64,000 bases of DNA. Origin: Bacillales bacterium (GTDB taxonomy: Bacteria; Bacillota; Bacilli; Bacillales; Bacillaceae_J). The first letter of the stretch is position 1; every line of letters begins with the position of its first letter. Position numbers and translations under genes: made by a program. Shown here piece by piece: positions 47,622-57,337 of this stretch. Location of the stretch: the NCBI GenBank assembly GCA_012840465.1, contig DULJ01000061.1:30331-94330 (forward strand), written 5' to 3'. The notes under the pieces were generated by a model, which saw only the letters and a program-made list of their open reading frames with translations, was not told the DNA's origin and searched no databases.

Positions 47622-48024
47622 AATAGGATACACTGCTGGGGTTTTTGATTTATTTCATGTTGGACATTTAAATATTTTAAACAGAGCAAAAGAACAGTGT
47701 GAGTATCTAATTGTGGGAGTTAGTACCGATGAACTGGTAATGGAATACAAAAATAAGCAACCGGTAATTCCTTATGATGAAAGAAAAGAAATTGTTGAAT
47801 CAATTAAATATGTAGATCAGGTGGTTCCTCAAATGAACAGGGATAAATTTGCTGCATGGGAAAAGCTGAATTTTAATGCCATGTTTGTCGGGGATGATTG
47901 GAAGGGTCATGCATTATTTGAAGAAGTGGAAAGAAAATTAAATGAGGTTGGGGTTGAAGTGGTTTATTTTCCATATACACTTGGAGTATCTTCAACGATT
48001 GTCAAAGAAAAAATAAAAGTCTAG
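47608..48024 (+). CDS. tagD: Glycerol-3-phosphate cytidylyltransferase
   Basis: GYTAGVFDLFHVGHLNIL (HxGH) and the C-terminal RTxGVSST-like motif (TLGVSST). Start ATG 47608 behind AAGGAG. Overlaps the tagF-like gene by 14 nt. Confidence 0.9.
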   Translation: MKQFKIGYTAGVFDLFHVGHLNILNRAKEQCEYLIVGVSTDELVMEYKNKQPVIPYDERKEIVESIKYVDQVVPQMNRDKFAAWEKLNFNAMFVGDDWKGHALFEEVERKLNEVGVEVVYFPYTLGVSSTIVKEKIKV

Positions 48025-48066
48025 TAAAAGTCTTTTATGAAATTTTGAAAAGTGAAGTGACAAAAT

Positions 48067-49260
48067 ATGAAAAAAAGTCTTTTATTTGTAATAGATTCTT
48101 TGGAATCTGCGGGAGCAGAGAAAAGTTTAGTTACATTATTAAATTTGCTTGATTATTCTAAGTTTGAAGTGGATTTAGTTTTGTTTGCACATGGTGGTTT
48201 ACTTGAAGAGTTGCTACCAAATAAAGTTCATATTTTAAAGCCATTTAAGTACACGGAATTTACACGGTTGGGAATAAAAGATGCTGTAATACAGTCATTA
48301 AAGGAATCAAAAAAATTTACAATGCTTTACTCAAGAATAAAATATTCAGCTAGTATTCGAAAGCAAAAATATAGTAACGCTCAAAAGGCAAGAGTATATT
48401 GGCAAAGCGTTTCCAATGTAATAGAAGATAATCTAAAAACATACGATATTGCTATTAGTTATGCTCAAGGGGTCCCTACATTTTATGTGGCGGAAAAAGT
48501 AAAGGCTAAGAAAAAGTTTGCATGGGTAAATGTGAGTTATCGATTGGATGAAAATGACAAAGCTTTCCAAAAAGGATATTATGATCAATATGACAAGATC
48601 GTTGCTGTTTCCGACTCAACTAAGGAGATATTATTGGAGACATTCCCTTGTTATTCCGATAAGGTTAATGTTATTTATGATATTAATAACCCTCAATTCA
48701 TTTCTGACATGGCTGCTATAGGTGAGAAAGATGATGCTCCGTTTGGGGGGATAAAAATACTCACTATTGGAAGATTAGCCCATCAAAAAGGATATGATAT
48801 TGCTCTTGAAGCATGTAAAAAATTGAAAGAAAAAGGCATTGATTTTAAATGGTATGCATTAGGAAAAGGACCTTTGGAGTCCGAAATAAGAGAGTATATT
48901 AAACAAAATGACTTATCAGATTATTTCATTTTATTAGGGGTAAAAGCCAACCCCTATCCATATATTAAAAATTCAGATATATATGTACAAACTTCAAGGT
49001 TTGAGGGGTTTGGACTTGCGATTGCAGAGGCCCGGATGCTAAATGTCCCGGTAGTAACAACAAGATTTGATGCAGTATACAATCAAATGGTCGACGGTAA
49101 GAATGGTCTTGTTGTGGAGATGGCTGCGGATGCCGTTTGTGATGGAGTATTAAAGTTGATAAACGATGTGAATTTAAAAGATGATATTATCCAGTATCTG
49201 CAATCAGAGAAAAAAGGGAATGTTGAAGAAATAGAGAAGTTTTATCAGTTAATTGGGTAA
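48067..49260 (+). CDS. GT4-family glycosyltransferase, tandem paralog 1
   Basis: LLFVIDSLESAGAEKSL, GRLAHQKGYD, NPYPYIKNSDIYVQTSRFEGFGLAIAEA. Confidence 0.8.
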   Translation: MKKSLLFVIDSLESAGAEKSLVTLLNLLDYSKFEVDLVLFAHGGLLEELLPNKVHILKPFKYTEFTRLGIKDAVIQSLKESKKFTMLYSRIKYSASIRKQKYSNAQKARVYWQSVSNVIEDNLKTYDIAISYAQGVPTFYVAEKVKAKKKFAWVNVSYRLDENDKAFQKGYYDQYDKIVAVSDSTKEILLETFPCYSDKVNVIYDINNPQFISDMAAIGEKDDAPFGGIKILTIGRLAHQKGYDIALEACKKLKEKGIDFKWYALGKGPLESEIREYIKQNDLSDYFILLGVKANPYPYIKNSDIYVQTSRFEGFGLAIAEARMLNVPVVTTRFDAVYNQMVDGKNGLVVEMAADAVCDGVLKLINDVNLKDDIIQYLQSEKKGNVEEIEKFYQLIG

Positions 49261-49290
49261 TCCTAGCTAGTTCGAAAGTGAGTAATCATA

Positions 49291-50490
49291 ATGAAGAAAA
49301 AGATATTATTTATGGTAATTAATATGAATATAGGTGGTACTGAAAAAGCATTGCTCAACATGATTGCTGCGATGCCGAAAGAAAAATATGATATTACCAT
49401 TTTAATGTTGGAGGAATACGGTGGATTCTTAAATGCTATACCTGAGGATGTTCATATAGAATATGTGAAGGGGTATAACGGGTTTAAGGACATACTCAAT
49501 AAACCACCAAGGGAAGTGGCCTTACATTTTCTCAGACAAGGTAAAGTCATAAAAGCATTCAATCTAATAAACATTCATTTATTGTCAAAAGTTTTGAATG
49601 ATAGAAGAGCATTCTTTAAATATATTTTAAAAAACCACCCAATAGCTGATATTGAATATGATGTTGCCGTAGCTTATGCAGGTCCAATGGATTTCATAAG
49701 CTTTTTTATTGCAGAAAAAATTAAAGCAAGAAGAAAGGTGCAATGGATCCATTTTGATATTACAAGAGTTGGATTTAATCGGAGCTTCGCATCTAAAATA
49801 TACGGGGAATTTGACAAACTTTTTGTTGTATCTGATGGTGGAAAAGAGAAGGTAACTAACATACTGCCACATTTAAAAGGGAAAACAGAAAGATTTCTTA
49901 ATATTATCTCTCCTGAACTTATAACCGAGATGGCAGATAAAAACCCCGGGTTTGATGACAAGTTTTGTGGAACAAGGATTCTTACCGTTGGGCGATTGAG
50001 TATAGAAAAAGGGCAGGATTTAACAATCGCCGTATTAGCTAAATTAAAAGAAGCGGGATATAACGTAAAGTGGTATTGCATAGGGGATGGAGGCGCAAGA
50101 GAGGAATATGAAAAATTAATTAAAAAGCATAATGTCGAAAATGATTATATTCTTTTGGGTGCTACTCCTAATCCCTATCCATATATGAAACAGTGCGATA
50201 TGTATGTTCAATCATCCCGTCACGAAGGGTACTGTATTACTTTGGCAGAAGCAAAATGTTTTGATAACCCCATTGTCAGTACAAATTTTACTGGTGCAAG
50301 TGAGCAAATAGCTAATGGTCAAACAGGCTTAATAGTGAATTTTGATGAATTACAAATGTTTAATGCGATTAAGAACTTATTAGATGATAAAAGCCTAAAG
50401 TATAAGTTAAGAAGTAATTTAAGAAATGAAATTGTAAACACTGCAAATGAAATGGATAAATTTTATAATATTGCAGATAGTTTAAGTTAA
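49291..50490 (+). CDS. GT4-family glycosyltransferase, tandem paralog 2
   Basis: KKILFMVINMNIGGTEKAL, GRLSIEKGQD, NPYPYMKQCDMYVQSSRHEGYCITLAEA. Confidence 0.8.
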   Translation: MKKKILFMVINMNIGGTEKALLNMIAAMPKEKYDITILMLEEYGGFLNAIPEDVHIEYVKGYNGFKDILNKPPREVALHFLRQGKVIKAFNLINIHLLSKVLNDRRAFFKYILKNHPIADIEYDVAVAYAGPMDFISFFIAEKIKARRKVQWIHFDITRVGFNRSFASKIYGEFDKLFVVSDGGKEKVTNILPHLKGKTERFLNIISPELITEMADKNPGFDDKFCGTRILTVGRLSIEKGQDLTIAVLAKLKEAGYNVKWYCIGDGGAREEYEKLIKKHNVENDYILLGATPNPYPYMKQCDMYVQSSRHEGYCITLAEAKCFDNPIVSTNFTGASEQIANGQTGLIVNFDELQMFNAIKNLLDDKSLKYKLRSNLRNEIVNTANEMDKFYNIADSLS

Positions 50491-50543
50491 CGTCTCATGT
50501 TTTGCTTGAGGCTATTTTTATTGGAAAAATAAGGGGGGACAAA

Positions 50544-51731
50544 ATGAAGAAAATATTGTTTATGGTTACCAGTATGAATATTGGTGGTGTAGAAAAATCA
50601 TTGCTTTCCCTACTATCAGTTATTCCAAAAGAAAAATACGATATTACTATTTTGTTGTTAGAAAAAAAGGGTGGGTTTCTAGAATACATTCCCGCTTGGG
50701 TAAAAATTGAAGAAGCTACATGGTTTAAAGGAGTTAAGCCTATAATCATGCAGCCGCCCCAACAAACAATTCGAAATTATTACCAAAATAAGCAGTATTC
50801 CAAAATACCTTCTTTTTTGGGGGCATATTTCATCGCTAAACATTTCAACAACAGATATGTTTTTTATAAAGAGGTTTTTAAGAATGTGCCAGCAAATCCG
50901 GATCAATATGACATTGCCATAGCTTACCAGGGTCCTACGGATACGATTGATTACTATATAGCTAATAAAGTAAAAGCAAAGAAAAAAATTTCCTGGGTGC
51001 ATTTTGATGTCTCAAAGCATCTTATTAATGATAAATTATACAGCAAACTGTATGAAAACATCGATAAAGTTTTTGTTGTTTCAAAAGAGGCTAGAAAACG
51101 TTTAATAGAAAAAGTGCCCACAGTGGAAAAGAAAACAGAGGTTTTTCTAAACATAATTCCAAATCAATTAATCAATAATCTGGCAAAAGAAAAGGTAGAA
51201 TTCGATGATGATTATGAAGGGACACAGATTGTTACCGTCGGAAGGCTTTCAAAGGAAAAAGGGCAGGATATGGCAATTAAAGTTCTGTCAAGATTACGCA
51301 ATGAAGGTTATAAAGTTCGATGGTATTGTATTGGAGAGGGAAATAATAGAAAAGAATTTGAAATCTTAATAGACCGATATGGTTTAAAGGATGAGTTTGT
51401 TTTATTGGGAGCAAAACCAAATCCCTATCCTTATATGGCTAAAGCAGATGTCTATGTTCAAACGTCCAGACATGAGGGATATTGTCTTACCTTAGCTGAA
51501 GCAAAGTGCTTAGCCAAACCAATTGTAACAACTAATTTCATAGGAGCCTATGAACAGATTGAAGATGGGCATACGGGACATATTGTTGATTGTAATGAAG
51601 AAGAAATTTTTATAAAAATTAAATATCTTTTGGATAATAAAATAGCACAGGATTGGCTACGTAGTAATTTAACGAAGGATGTTTTTTATACAAAGGATGA
51701 GTTACATAACATCTTTAATAATATCATGTAG
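50544..51731 (+). CDS. GT4-family glycosyltransferase, tandem paralog 3
   Basis: KKILFMVTSMNIGGVEKSL, GRLSKEKGQD, NPYPYMAKADVYVQTSRHEGYCLTLAEA. Start ATG 50544 behind GGGGGG. Confidence 0.8.
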   Translation: MKKILFMVTSMNIGGVEKSLLSLLSVIPKEKYDITILLLEKKGGFLEYIPAWVKIEEATWFKGVKPIIMQPPQQTIRNYYQNKQYSKIPSFLGAYFIAKHFNNRYVFYKEVFKNVPANPDQYDIAIAYQGPTDTIDYYIANKVKAKKKISWVHFDVSKHLINDKLYSKLYENIDKVFVVSKEARKRLIEKVPTVEKKTEVFLNIIPNQLINNLAKEKVEFDDDYEGTQIVTVGRLSKEKGQDMAIKVLSRLRNEGYKVRWYCIGEGNNRKEFEILIDRYGLKDEFVLLGAKPNPYPYMAKADVYVQTSRHEGYCLTLAEAKCLAKPIVTTNFIGAYEQIEDGHTGHIVDCNEEEIFIKIKYLLDNKIAQDWLRSNLTKDVFYTKDELHNIFNNIM

Positions 51732-51746
51732 AAGGGACCATGGGAT

Positions 51747-52751
51747 ATGAACCCTAAAATAAGTATTATTGTTCCGGTATATAAAGTTGAGCCATATATA
51801 CACAAATGTGTGGATTCGATACTGGGACAAACATTTACAGATTTTGAAGTGATACTTGTGGATGATGGATCGCCTGATAATTGCGGGGAAATATGCGATG
51901 AATATGCGCAAAAGGATAGTAGGGTAAAAGTAATACATAAAGAAAACGGTGGGCTCTCAGATGCTAGAAATGCAGGGATAGATAGGGCAAGAGGAGATTA
52001 TATAGGCTTTGTTGACAGCGATGATTGGATTGAACCTGATATGTATGAATTACTCTATGGTATGTGCATTGAAAATAATTGTGAAATAGCATGCTGCACG
52101 AGTATCATTCATTTTAAAAATAAAACAGTAGTCAATGGTACTCATTCACTAACTGTACACGATAGAAATCATGCAATGAGAACGATGCTTGAGGGAGAAC
52201 TATTCGATGAAGTGGTATGGACCAAGTTGTTTAAACGTAGCTTGTTGAAAGATATCCGTTTTACTGTTGGTATAGTTTATGAAGATACCGCATTTACTTA
52301 TAAGGTGATTCATGAAAGTAATCAAGTTTGCTGTATTGGTGCACCAAAATATAATTATCTAAAACGTGATGATAGTGTAATGGACAATGCTGTGAAAAAT
52401 ATAAGAATTGATGCGGTATTCATTTACGATGAAATGTATAAATTTATAGAAAAATATTATCAGGAATTAAGCAATTTAGTGGCATTAAAACTGGCTAATA
52501 GTTCAATGTCAACATTAAATTTACTATCATCTAGACAGAAATATAAGGAAAATAAAGAAAAGTATTTTACGGTTACAAGTATCTTAAATAAATACTTTCA
52601 TAAAACAATAATGTTGAAAGACTATCCCAAAACTGTGAAAATATTGCTTACGGCTACTAAAATTCATCCATTACTGTATAAAGTGCTCATTCTAAATTCA
52701 TTAAAAAGGAGGGTTACAAAGGACGACGGAGAAACGTCCAGTAAAGAATAA
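51747..52751 (+). CDS. GT2-family glycosyltransferase (paralog of 45291)
   Basis: KISIIVPVYKVEPYIHKCVDSIL, VDDGSPD, DSDDW. Confidence 0.8.
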   Translation: MNPKISIIVPVYKVEPYIHKCVDSILGQTFTDFEVILVDDGSPDNCGEICDEYAQKDSRVKVIHKENGGLSDARNAGIDRARGDYIGFVDSDDWIEPDMYELLYGMCIENNCEIACCTSIIHFKNKTVVNGTHSLTVHDRNHAMRTMLEGELFDEVVWTKLFKRSLLKDIRFTVGIVYEDTAFTYKVIHESNQVCCIGAPKYNYLKRDDSVMDNAVKNIRIDAVFIYDEMYKFIEKYYQELSNLVALKLANSSMSTLNLLSSRQKYKENKEKYFTVTSILNKYFHKTIMLKDYPKTVKILLTATKIHPLLYKVLILNSLKRRVTKDDGETSSKE

Positions 52752-52776
52752 ATAGATTGGTGAAATTGAGGATGAT

Positions 52777-54921
52777 ATGAGAACAAAAAACTCAATGAAA
52801 AATATATCAATAGGCGTTTTTTCTCAAATTATTATTGTTTTACTTGGGCTAATATCCAGAAAGGTTTTTGTAGATAGCCTTGGAATTGACTATTTAGGAA
52901 TTGATGGTTTACTAACCAACGTCATAGCTATTATGGCACTGGTTGAGAGTGGAATTGGAATAAGCATCGTCTATAACCTTTATAAACCACTGGCTGAGAA
53001 TGATAAGGATAAAGTTACCGCCTTAATTCAACTATACAAAAAGGCATATAAAGTATTAGCTATCATTATTTTAGTTATCAGTATTGTTCTTTTTCCATTT
53101 TTAATGAACATACTAAAAGATGCAGATTTTATATCTAATATTTCATTTATTTATTTCCTGTTCGTTGTAAAGAATATGATATCCTATTTAAACGCCCATA
53201 AGTGGTCTTTAATTAATGCGGATCAAAAAGGGTATGTATTAGCAAGAATGAATCTTTTATTTCAAGTATCCACAACAATAGCTAAAATTATTATTTTGGT
53301 TTTGACACAAAATTATATTCTTTACTTAATCATTGAGCTTTTCATTTACTTACTTCAAAATATCGTTAATGGTGCCATTGTTAATAAAAGATACCCGTAT
53401 ATTAAAACCAAAGTAAAATATTTTGTTGATAAAAGTACAATGGATAACCTGGTGAAAAATGTAAAGGCTATGTTTTTACACAACATTGGGGGATTTCTTG
53501 TATTTGGAACGGACAATATTCTGATAGCATCATTCATAAGTGTTGCAACTGTAGGGCTTTACTCTAACTATACAATGATCATAAACCAATTATCAGCCCT
53601 AGTAAAACCTATTCTTGGTGGAATTGGAGCCAGTGTCGGAAATCTCATTACTACCGAAAGCAATGAGAAAACCTACTCTATATTTAAAATTGTTTACTTA
53701 GTAAACTTCTGGATATTTTCATTGTGTGTAATATTTTTATATAACTTACTCGAACCTTTTATTACCTGGTGGCTTGGAAAAGAACTTCTTTTGGAAAAGA
53801 CAGTGTTTATTGTAATTTTACTAAATTTCTATCTAACCGGGATGCGTACCGCCATAGCCACTTTTAAAGATAAAGCAGGATTATTTGTTCAAGATAAATA
53901 TGCCCCGCTAATTGAAGGAGGTATTAACCTAATTTCGTCACTGGTTTTAGTGAAGTATTATGGGTTAGCAGGTATTTTTATGGGGACTACTATAAGTACT
54001 ATTACTACTATTTTTTGGACACAGCCGTGCATAGTTTATAAACATGTTTTTATGAAACCCGTACAGTCATATTTTATAAAATATGGCTTTTTTGCGATGT
54101 TAACATTTGGAGCATGTTTTGCAACAACATTTATATGTACTATTATTGTAGCCGGAAATGACTTTATATCTTTGGTTATTAAGGGGATGATTTGCCTAAT
54201 TGTTCCTAATCTTATTTACATCTGCATCTTTTATAAAAATGCAGAATTTCAATATTTGAAAAATATATTTACCCGCATATTTACAGGGTTAAAGGTTTGG
54301 ATAAAAATGAAAAGGATTTTTGACTTGTTTGTATCACTGTCATGCTTACTGACTTTTTCATTGATTATGGTTGTTATAGCCATTATTGTTCGATTTAAAC
54401 TCGGATCGCCGATTATTTTTAAACAGCAGCGTCCGGGTCTGTATGGGAAACCTTTTTTTGTGTATAAATTCCGAACGATGACGGAGGAGCGTGACAGCAA
54501 GGGTGTTTTGTTGTCGGATCAACTTCGGCTTACTTCTTTTGGTCAATTTCTTCGCAAATATAGTTTAGATGAATTGCCTCAACTTATCAATGTAATAAAA
54601 GGAGATTTAAGCCTAGTCGGGCCGAGACCGCTTTTAATGGAATACTTGCCGTTATACACAGAGGAGCAAGCAAAGCGGCATCATGTTAGGCCTGGAATTA
54701 CAGGATGGGCCCAGGTGAATGGCAGGAATGCAATTACATGGGAAGATAAATTTAAACTAGATGTCTGGTATGTTGAGAATCAATCATTTTCACTTGATTT
54801 AAAGATTATATATTTAACTATAGTTAAAGTTTTTAAATCGGAGGGAATCAGTCAGGATGGTCATACAACGGTGGAAAAGTATTATGGTACAAAACCAGGA
54901 GTGAAAGAGGGAAATGGATGA
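52777..54921 (+). CDS. In-frame fusion: Wzx/MOP-family flippase (EpsK-like, about 510 aa) + undecaprenyl-phosphate sugar phosphotransferase (EpsL-like, about 204 aa)
   Basis: About 14 TM segments of MOP flippase type. From residue 511 onward comes [11 protein letters not shown]...[24 protein letters not shown]...[21 protein letters not shown] (bacterial sugar transferase domain). No stop codon separates them. An internal ATG at 54307 has only a weak AAAGG upstream. Confidence 0.75.
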   Translation: MRTKNSMKNISIGVFSQIIIVLLGLISRKVFVDSLGIDYLGIDGLLTNVIAIMALVESGIGISIVYNLYKPLAENDKDKVTALIQLYKKAYKVLAIIILVISIVLFPFLMNILKDADFISNISFIYFLFVVKNMISYLNAHKWSLINADQKGYVLARMNLLFQVSTTIAKIIILVLTQNYILYLIIELFIYLLQNIVNGAIVNKRYPYIKTKVKYFVDKSTMDNLVKNVKAMFLHNIGGFLVFGTDNILIASFISVATVGLYSNYTMIINQLSALVKPILGGIGASVGNLITTESNEKTYSIFKIVYLVNFWIFSLCVIFLYNLLEPFITWWLGKELLLEKTVFIVILLNFYLTGMRTAIATFKDKAGLFVQDKYAPLIEGGINLISSLVLVKYYGLAGIFMGTTISTITTIFWTQPCIVYKHVFMKPVQSYFIKYGFFAMLTFGACFATTFICTIIVAGNDFISLVIKGMICLIVPNLIYICIFYKNAEFQYLKNIFTRIFTGLKVWIKMKRIFDLFVSLSCLLTFSLIMVVIAIIVRFKLGSPIIFKQQRPGLYGKPFFVYKFRTMTEERDSKGVLLSDQLRLTSFGQFLRKYSLDELPQLINVIKGDLSLVGPRPLLMEYLPLYTEEQAKRHHVRPGITGWAQVNGRNAITWEDKFKLDVWYVENQSFSLDLKIIYLTIVKVFKSEGISQDGHTTVEKYYGTKPGVKEGNG

Positions 54922-55568
54922 ATATTGCTCTTATCGGCAAGGGTGGACATAGTAAAGTTGTTGAAGATATCATTCTTTCAAATAAAGATTATGTGATTGT
55001 TGCTTATTTAGATGATCAATATGAGGAATTCCATCATAACAACGGAAGGTACTTTGGTCCAATAGATGAAATCGACAAGCTGCGGAGCATTTTTTTTGAC
55101 TTGGTGTTCGTTATAACGATTGGCAACAACTCTATTAGAAAACAGATTGCCCAGCGACTATGTCTTTCAAAGCATGAATATGCCACATTAATTCATGAAA
55201 AAGCGGTTGTTAGCCCAAATGCAAAGCTTGGCCAAGGTACAGTTGTCATGGCTTCAGCTGTTATTAATGCAGATGCAAAAATTGGTGATCACGTCATTAT
55301 TAATTCAGGCGCGGTAGTGGAGCATGACAATGTCATTGGTGATTTTGTCCATATTTCACCAGGTGTGGTGTTAACCGGAATAGTCTTGATAGGTGAAGGA
55401 AGCCATATCGGAGCCGGCTCCGTCATTATTCCTAGCGTCCATGTTGGGGAATGGTCCATTTTGGGAGCTGGAGCAACGGCGATATCAGATATACCCGACA
55501 ACTGTACTGCTGTTGGGGTTCCAGCGAAAATAGTTCAAAAAAATAGTTCGGAGGTGTCTAAAATTTGA
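54918..55568 (+). CDS. epsM: NeuD/PglB-type hexapeptide-repeat sugar N-acetyltransferase (EpsM-like)
   Basis: N-terminal Rossmann-like segment [13 protein letters not shown] plus left-handed beta-helix repeats. Start overlaps the previous stop. Confidence 0.8.
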   Translation: MNIALIGKGGHSKVVEDIILSNKDYVIVAYLDDQYEEFHHNNGRYFGPIDEIDKLRSIFFDLVFVITIGNNSIRKQIAQRLCLSKHEYATLIHEKAVVSPNAKLGQGTVVMASAVINADAKIGDHVIINSGAVVEHDNVIGDFVHISPGVVLTGIVLIGEGSHIGAGSVIIPSVHVGEWSILGAGATAISDIPDNCTAVGVPAKIVQKNSSEVSKI

Positions 55569-56743
55569 TGGATATAAATCAGCGTAAAAGAATTTTTCTT
55601 TCCTCCCCTCATATGAGCGGGAATGAGCAAAAATATATAAATGAAGCATTCACTACAAACTGGATTGCCCCACTTGGTCCTAATGTCGATGCCTTTGAGC
55701 GCGAACTTGCCGCATATATCGGCAGTAAAGATGCTGCAGCAGTAAGCTCAGGCACTGCTGCTATTCATTTAGCCCTTAGATTATTAGATATACAAAAAGA
55801 GGATAAGGTATTTTGTTCTTCTCTTACATTTGTAGCTAGCGCGAACCCTATTTTATATATGGGAGCGGAACCTGTATTTATTGACTCAGAACCTGAAACC
55901 TGGAATATGTCACCGCAGGCATTGGAACGAGCATTGGCTGATGCTGTCAAGGAAGGAGAAATCCCAAAAGCAGTTATTGTAGTTCATTTATATGGACAAA
56001 GCGCAAATATGGACGAGATTCTTTCGATATGTAATCAATATGAAGTACCCGTTATAGAGGATGCAGCCGAATCGCTTGGTTCCACTTATAAAGGGAAAGC
56101 AAGTGGTACCTTTGGTAGGTTTGGGGTCTATTCTTTTAATGGTAATAAAATCATTACCACTTCTGGCGGCGGCATGCTTGTGTCAGATGATACGGAAGCA
56201 TTGGCGAAAGCGCGATTTTTGGCCACTCAAGCAAGGGACCTGGCCCCTCATTATCAGCATAGTACGGAGGGATACAATTACAGAATGAGTAATATTTTAG
56301 CAGGGGTAGGCAGGGCGCAGTTGGAGGTACTGGAAGACAGGGTTAGAGCGAGAAGATTAATATTTCAGCGGTACTGCCAAGAATTAGCTTCTATACCAGG
56401 CATTCAATTTATGCCAGAGCTAGAGAATACCAGCTCTAACCGGTGGCTTACAGCTCTAACAATAAACGAAAAAATATCGGGTTTCTCTGTATGTTCTTTG
56501 CTAAAATCTTTAGCTGAAGAAAATATTGAAGCCCGTCCAGTTTGGAAACCTCTTCATATGCAGCCACTTTTTGAAGGGAAATCCTACTATTCACATAATG
56601 AATTTGAAAATGTGTCTGAACAATTGTTTCATTCGGGGATTTGTCTTCCATCAGCTTCAAATATGACAGAAGAAGATCAAGCAAGAGTGATTGAGTGTAT
56701 AAAAAAATTTTACGCGACTTATGAAATACCTTCATTCTTTTAG
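55565..56743 (+). CDS. epsN: DegT/DnrJ/EryC1-family PLP sugar aminotransferase (EpsN-like)
   Basis: SGTAAIHLAL, and SFNGNKIITTSGGG with the PLP lysine. Confidence 0.85.
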   Translation: MMDINQRKRIFLSSPHMSGNEQKYINEAFTTNWIAPLGPNVDAFERELAAYIGSKDAAAVSSGTAAIHLALRLLDIQKEDKVFCSSLTFVASANPILYMGAEPVFIDSEPETWNMSPQALERALADAVKEGEIPKAVIVVHLYGQSANMDEILSICNQYEVPVIEDAAESLGSTYKGKASGTFGRFGVYSFNGNKIITTSGGGMLVSDDTEALAKARFLATQARDLAPHYQHSTEGYNYRMSNILAGVGRAQLEVLEDRVRARRLIFQRYCQELASIPGIQFMPELENTSSNRWLTALTINEKISGFSVCSLLKSLAEENIEARPVWKPLHMQPLFEGKSYYSHNEFENVSEQLFHSGICLPSASNMTEEDQARVIECIKKFYATYEIPSFF

Positions 56744-56804
56744 TTGTTGAAGGAGATATAGGATAGGTTTTGGACAATGCCGAAGTAAAAAAGAGGTATC
56801 AAAA

Positions 56805-57149
56805 ATGATTGGTGAAAATATTAGTAATCTTAGAAAACAAAGAGGTCTAACATTATCAGAGCTTGCGGAAAAAGCACTTATTTCCAAGTCGTATTTAAGC
56901 AATATTGAGCGGAGTTTAAACAAAAATCCGTCGATTCATGTATTAGAGAAAATTGCCGGTGTTTTGCAAGTGGATCTTCAAAAGTTAATAAAATCTAAAA
57001 AGGAGATGGAAGAATCTAGGCCGCTAATTGATGAAGAATGGATGAGTTTAGTTAAGGAATTTAAAGAAGTGGGCATCGAAAAAGAAAATGCTCAGAACTA
57101 TAAAATACTTTTTGAATTTATAAAATGGCAACAAGAGAAAAATAAATGA
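56805..57149 (+). CDS. Second SinR-family regulator (SlrR-like paralog)
   Basis: MIGENISNLRKQRGLTLSELAEKALISKSYLSNIERSLNKNPSIHVLEKIAGVL aligns with the SinR HTH. The C-terminus has a Sin-type helix pair (DEEWMSLVKEFKEVGI ... FEFIKWQ). Confidence 0.8.
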   Translation: MIGENISNLRKQRGLTLSELAEKALISKSYLSNIERSLNKNPSIHVLEKIAGVLQVDLQKLIKSKKEMEESRPLIDEEWMSLVKEFKEVGIEKENAQNYKILFEFIKWQQEKNK

Positions 57150-57337
57150 AATATTGAATAAAGGTCTGTTATTACGATTCAGTATTCTTTTAGCTGGAAG
57201 ATCCTTATGATCACCTCCCCATTATACTCAGCAGTTCCATTACTTTTTACTATTTAACGAACCTTTTTATAGCTTGTCACATAAAACATAGCAATACAGA
57301 AAATATATTTAAGAAATCTAATAAAAGGAATGATGAC

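Noticed and set aside
54290-54310. Treating the flippase and the sugar transferase as two separate genes.
   Set aside because: There is no in-frame stop before the internal ATG 54307, so the flippase frame necessarily reads through. Independent initiation at 54307 cannot be excluded, but the upstream AAAGG is weak. I report it as a fusion and flag it.
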